Source: Octopus bimaculoides (taxonomy: Eukaryota). From it: DNA of 32,951 nt. The stretch's first letter is position 1. The number at the start of each line of letters is the position of its first letter. The notes beneath the pieces are model-generated. The model was given only the letters and a program-made list of their open reading frames with translations. It was not told the DNA's origin and did not search any database. This document shows, one piece after another, positions 32,400 to 32,951 of this stretch. Where the stretch lies: contig NC_069001.1 in NCBI RefSeq assembly GCF_001194135.2, forward strand, positions 38,607,573 to 38,640,523, given 5' to 3'. A program made the position numbers and the translations under genes.

Positions 32400-32760
32400 T
32401 GTTGTCGCCTGAAGAATCGCATTGCGCGAGAAACTCTGAGTAACGATTGGTTGGTTGACTCACCAGCTTCGCTCGTATAAATATATACTCTATAATATGT
32501 ATTGAGTGCTCCCTCGTTCTCGTTTGTAAAACGAAAAACGTATGTGTGTATATATGTATGAGTATGATTGAGAGAAAGAGGAGTGTGTGTGTGAGAGAGA
32601 GAGAGGGTGTGTGTATGAGAGAAAAGAAAGTGTGTGTGAGAGAGAGAGGAGTGTGTGTGTGTGCAACAGCTTTGTGTTTCTTAAACACTGAACCAAGAAT
32701 GCGGAACGAGGAAAATCAGAGCAGAAGGAACAACATGAAGGATTAATTTCAAACACACCA
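32400..32760 (-). promoter_or_regulatory. CpG-enriched segment with a strong minus-strand splice donor; possible non-coding first exon ending at 32464
   Basis: About 11 CpG in 32400-32545; the minus strand reads AGCTG|GTGAGTC with GT at 32463-32462. Confidence 0.3.
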
Positions 32761-32951
32761 CCGAATATTAAATAAATATGACTATATATTAAATAGACAC
32801 CATTATAAATTAATACACACTACTATATTTAATATATATACTACAATATATTAAATGCACACAGCTAAATTAAATACGCTCTGCTATAGCGATATTATAT
32901 TTTTTTCTTTTTTCTCTTGTCTGTGCTAAACCCAAACATATATAAGCCTAT

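Overview
Eukaryotic, AT-rich, repeat-dense non-coding DNA with six N-gaps (about 2.8 kb in total). The recurring SINE families, the TA/CA/GAT/ACC microsatellite load and the gappy scaffold look like an octopus (coleoid cephalopod) genome; this rests on my recollection of the repeat families, not on a search. I find no convincing protein-coding gene: the ORF-track hits come from microsatellites, gaps or chance. No rRNA, true tRNA or CRISPR array is present. The window holds at least six SINE-like families (labelled A-F here), including two head-to-tail arrays. It also holds a degenerate RTE-LINE ORF2 3' remnant, three terminal-inverted-repeat MITEs (Tc1/mariner-, piggyBac- and hAT-type) and a 323-bp foldback element. 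The best leads are two co-oriented minimal hammerhead-ribozyme motifs of the Penelope type (7170-7231 and 7429-7470, minus strand) and an isolated 82-nt near-perfect hairpin (18264-18345) with pri-miRNA dimensions. Also notable are a 19-bp minisatellite carrying splice-donor/AP-1 motifs, a strand-biased ACCTG cluster, and a possible signal-peptide exon with a GC donor.
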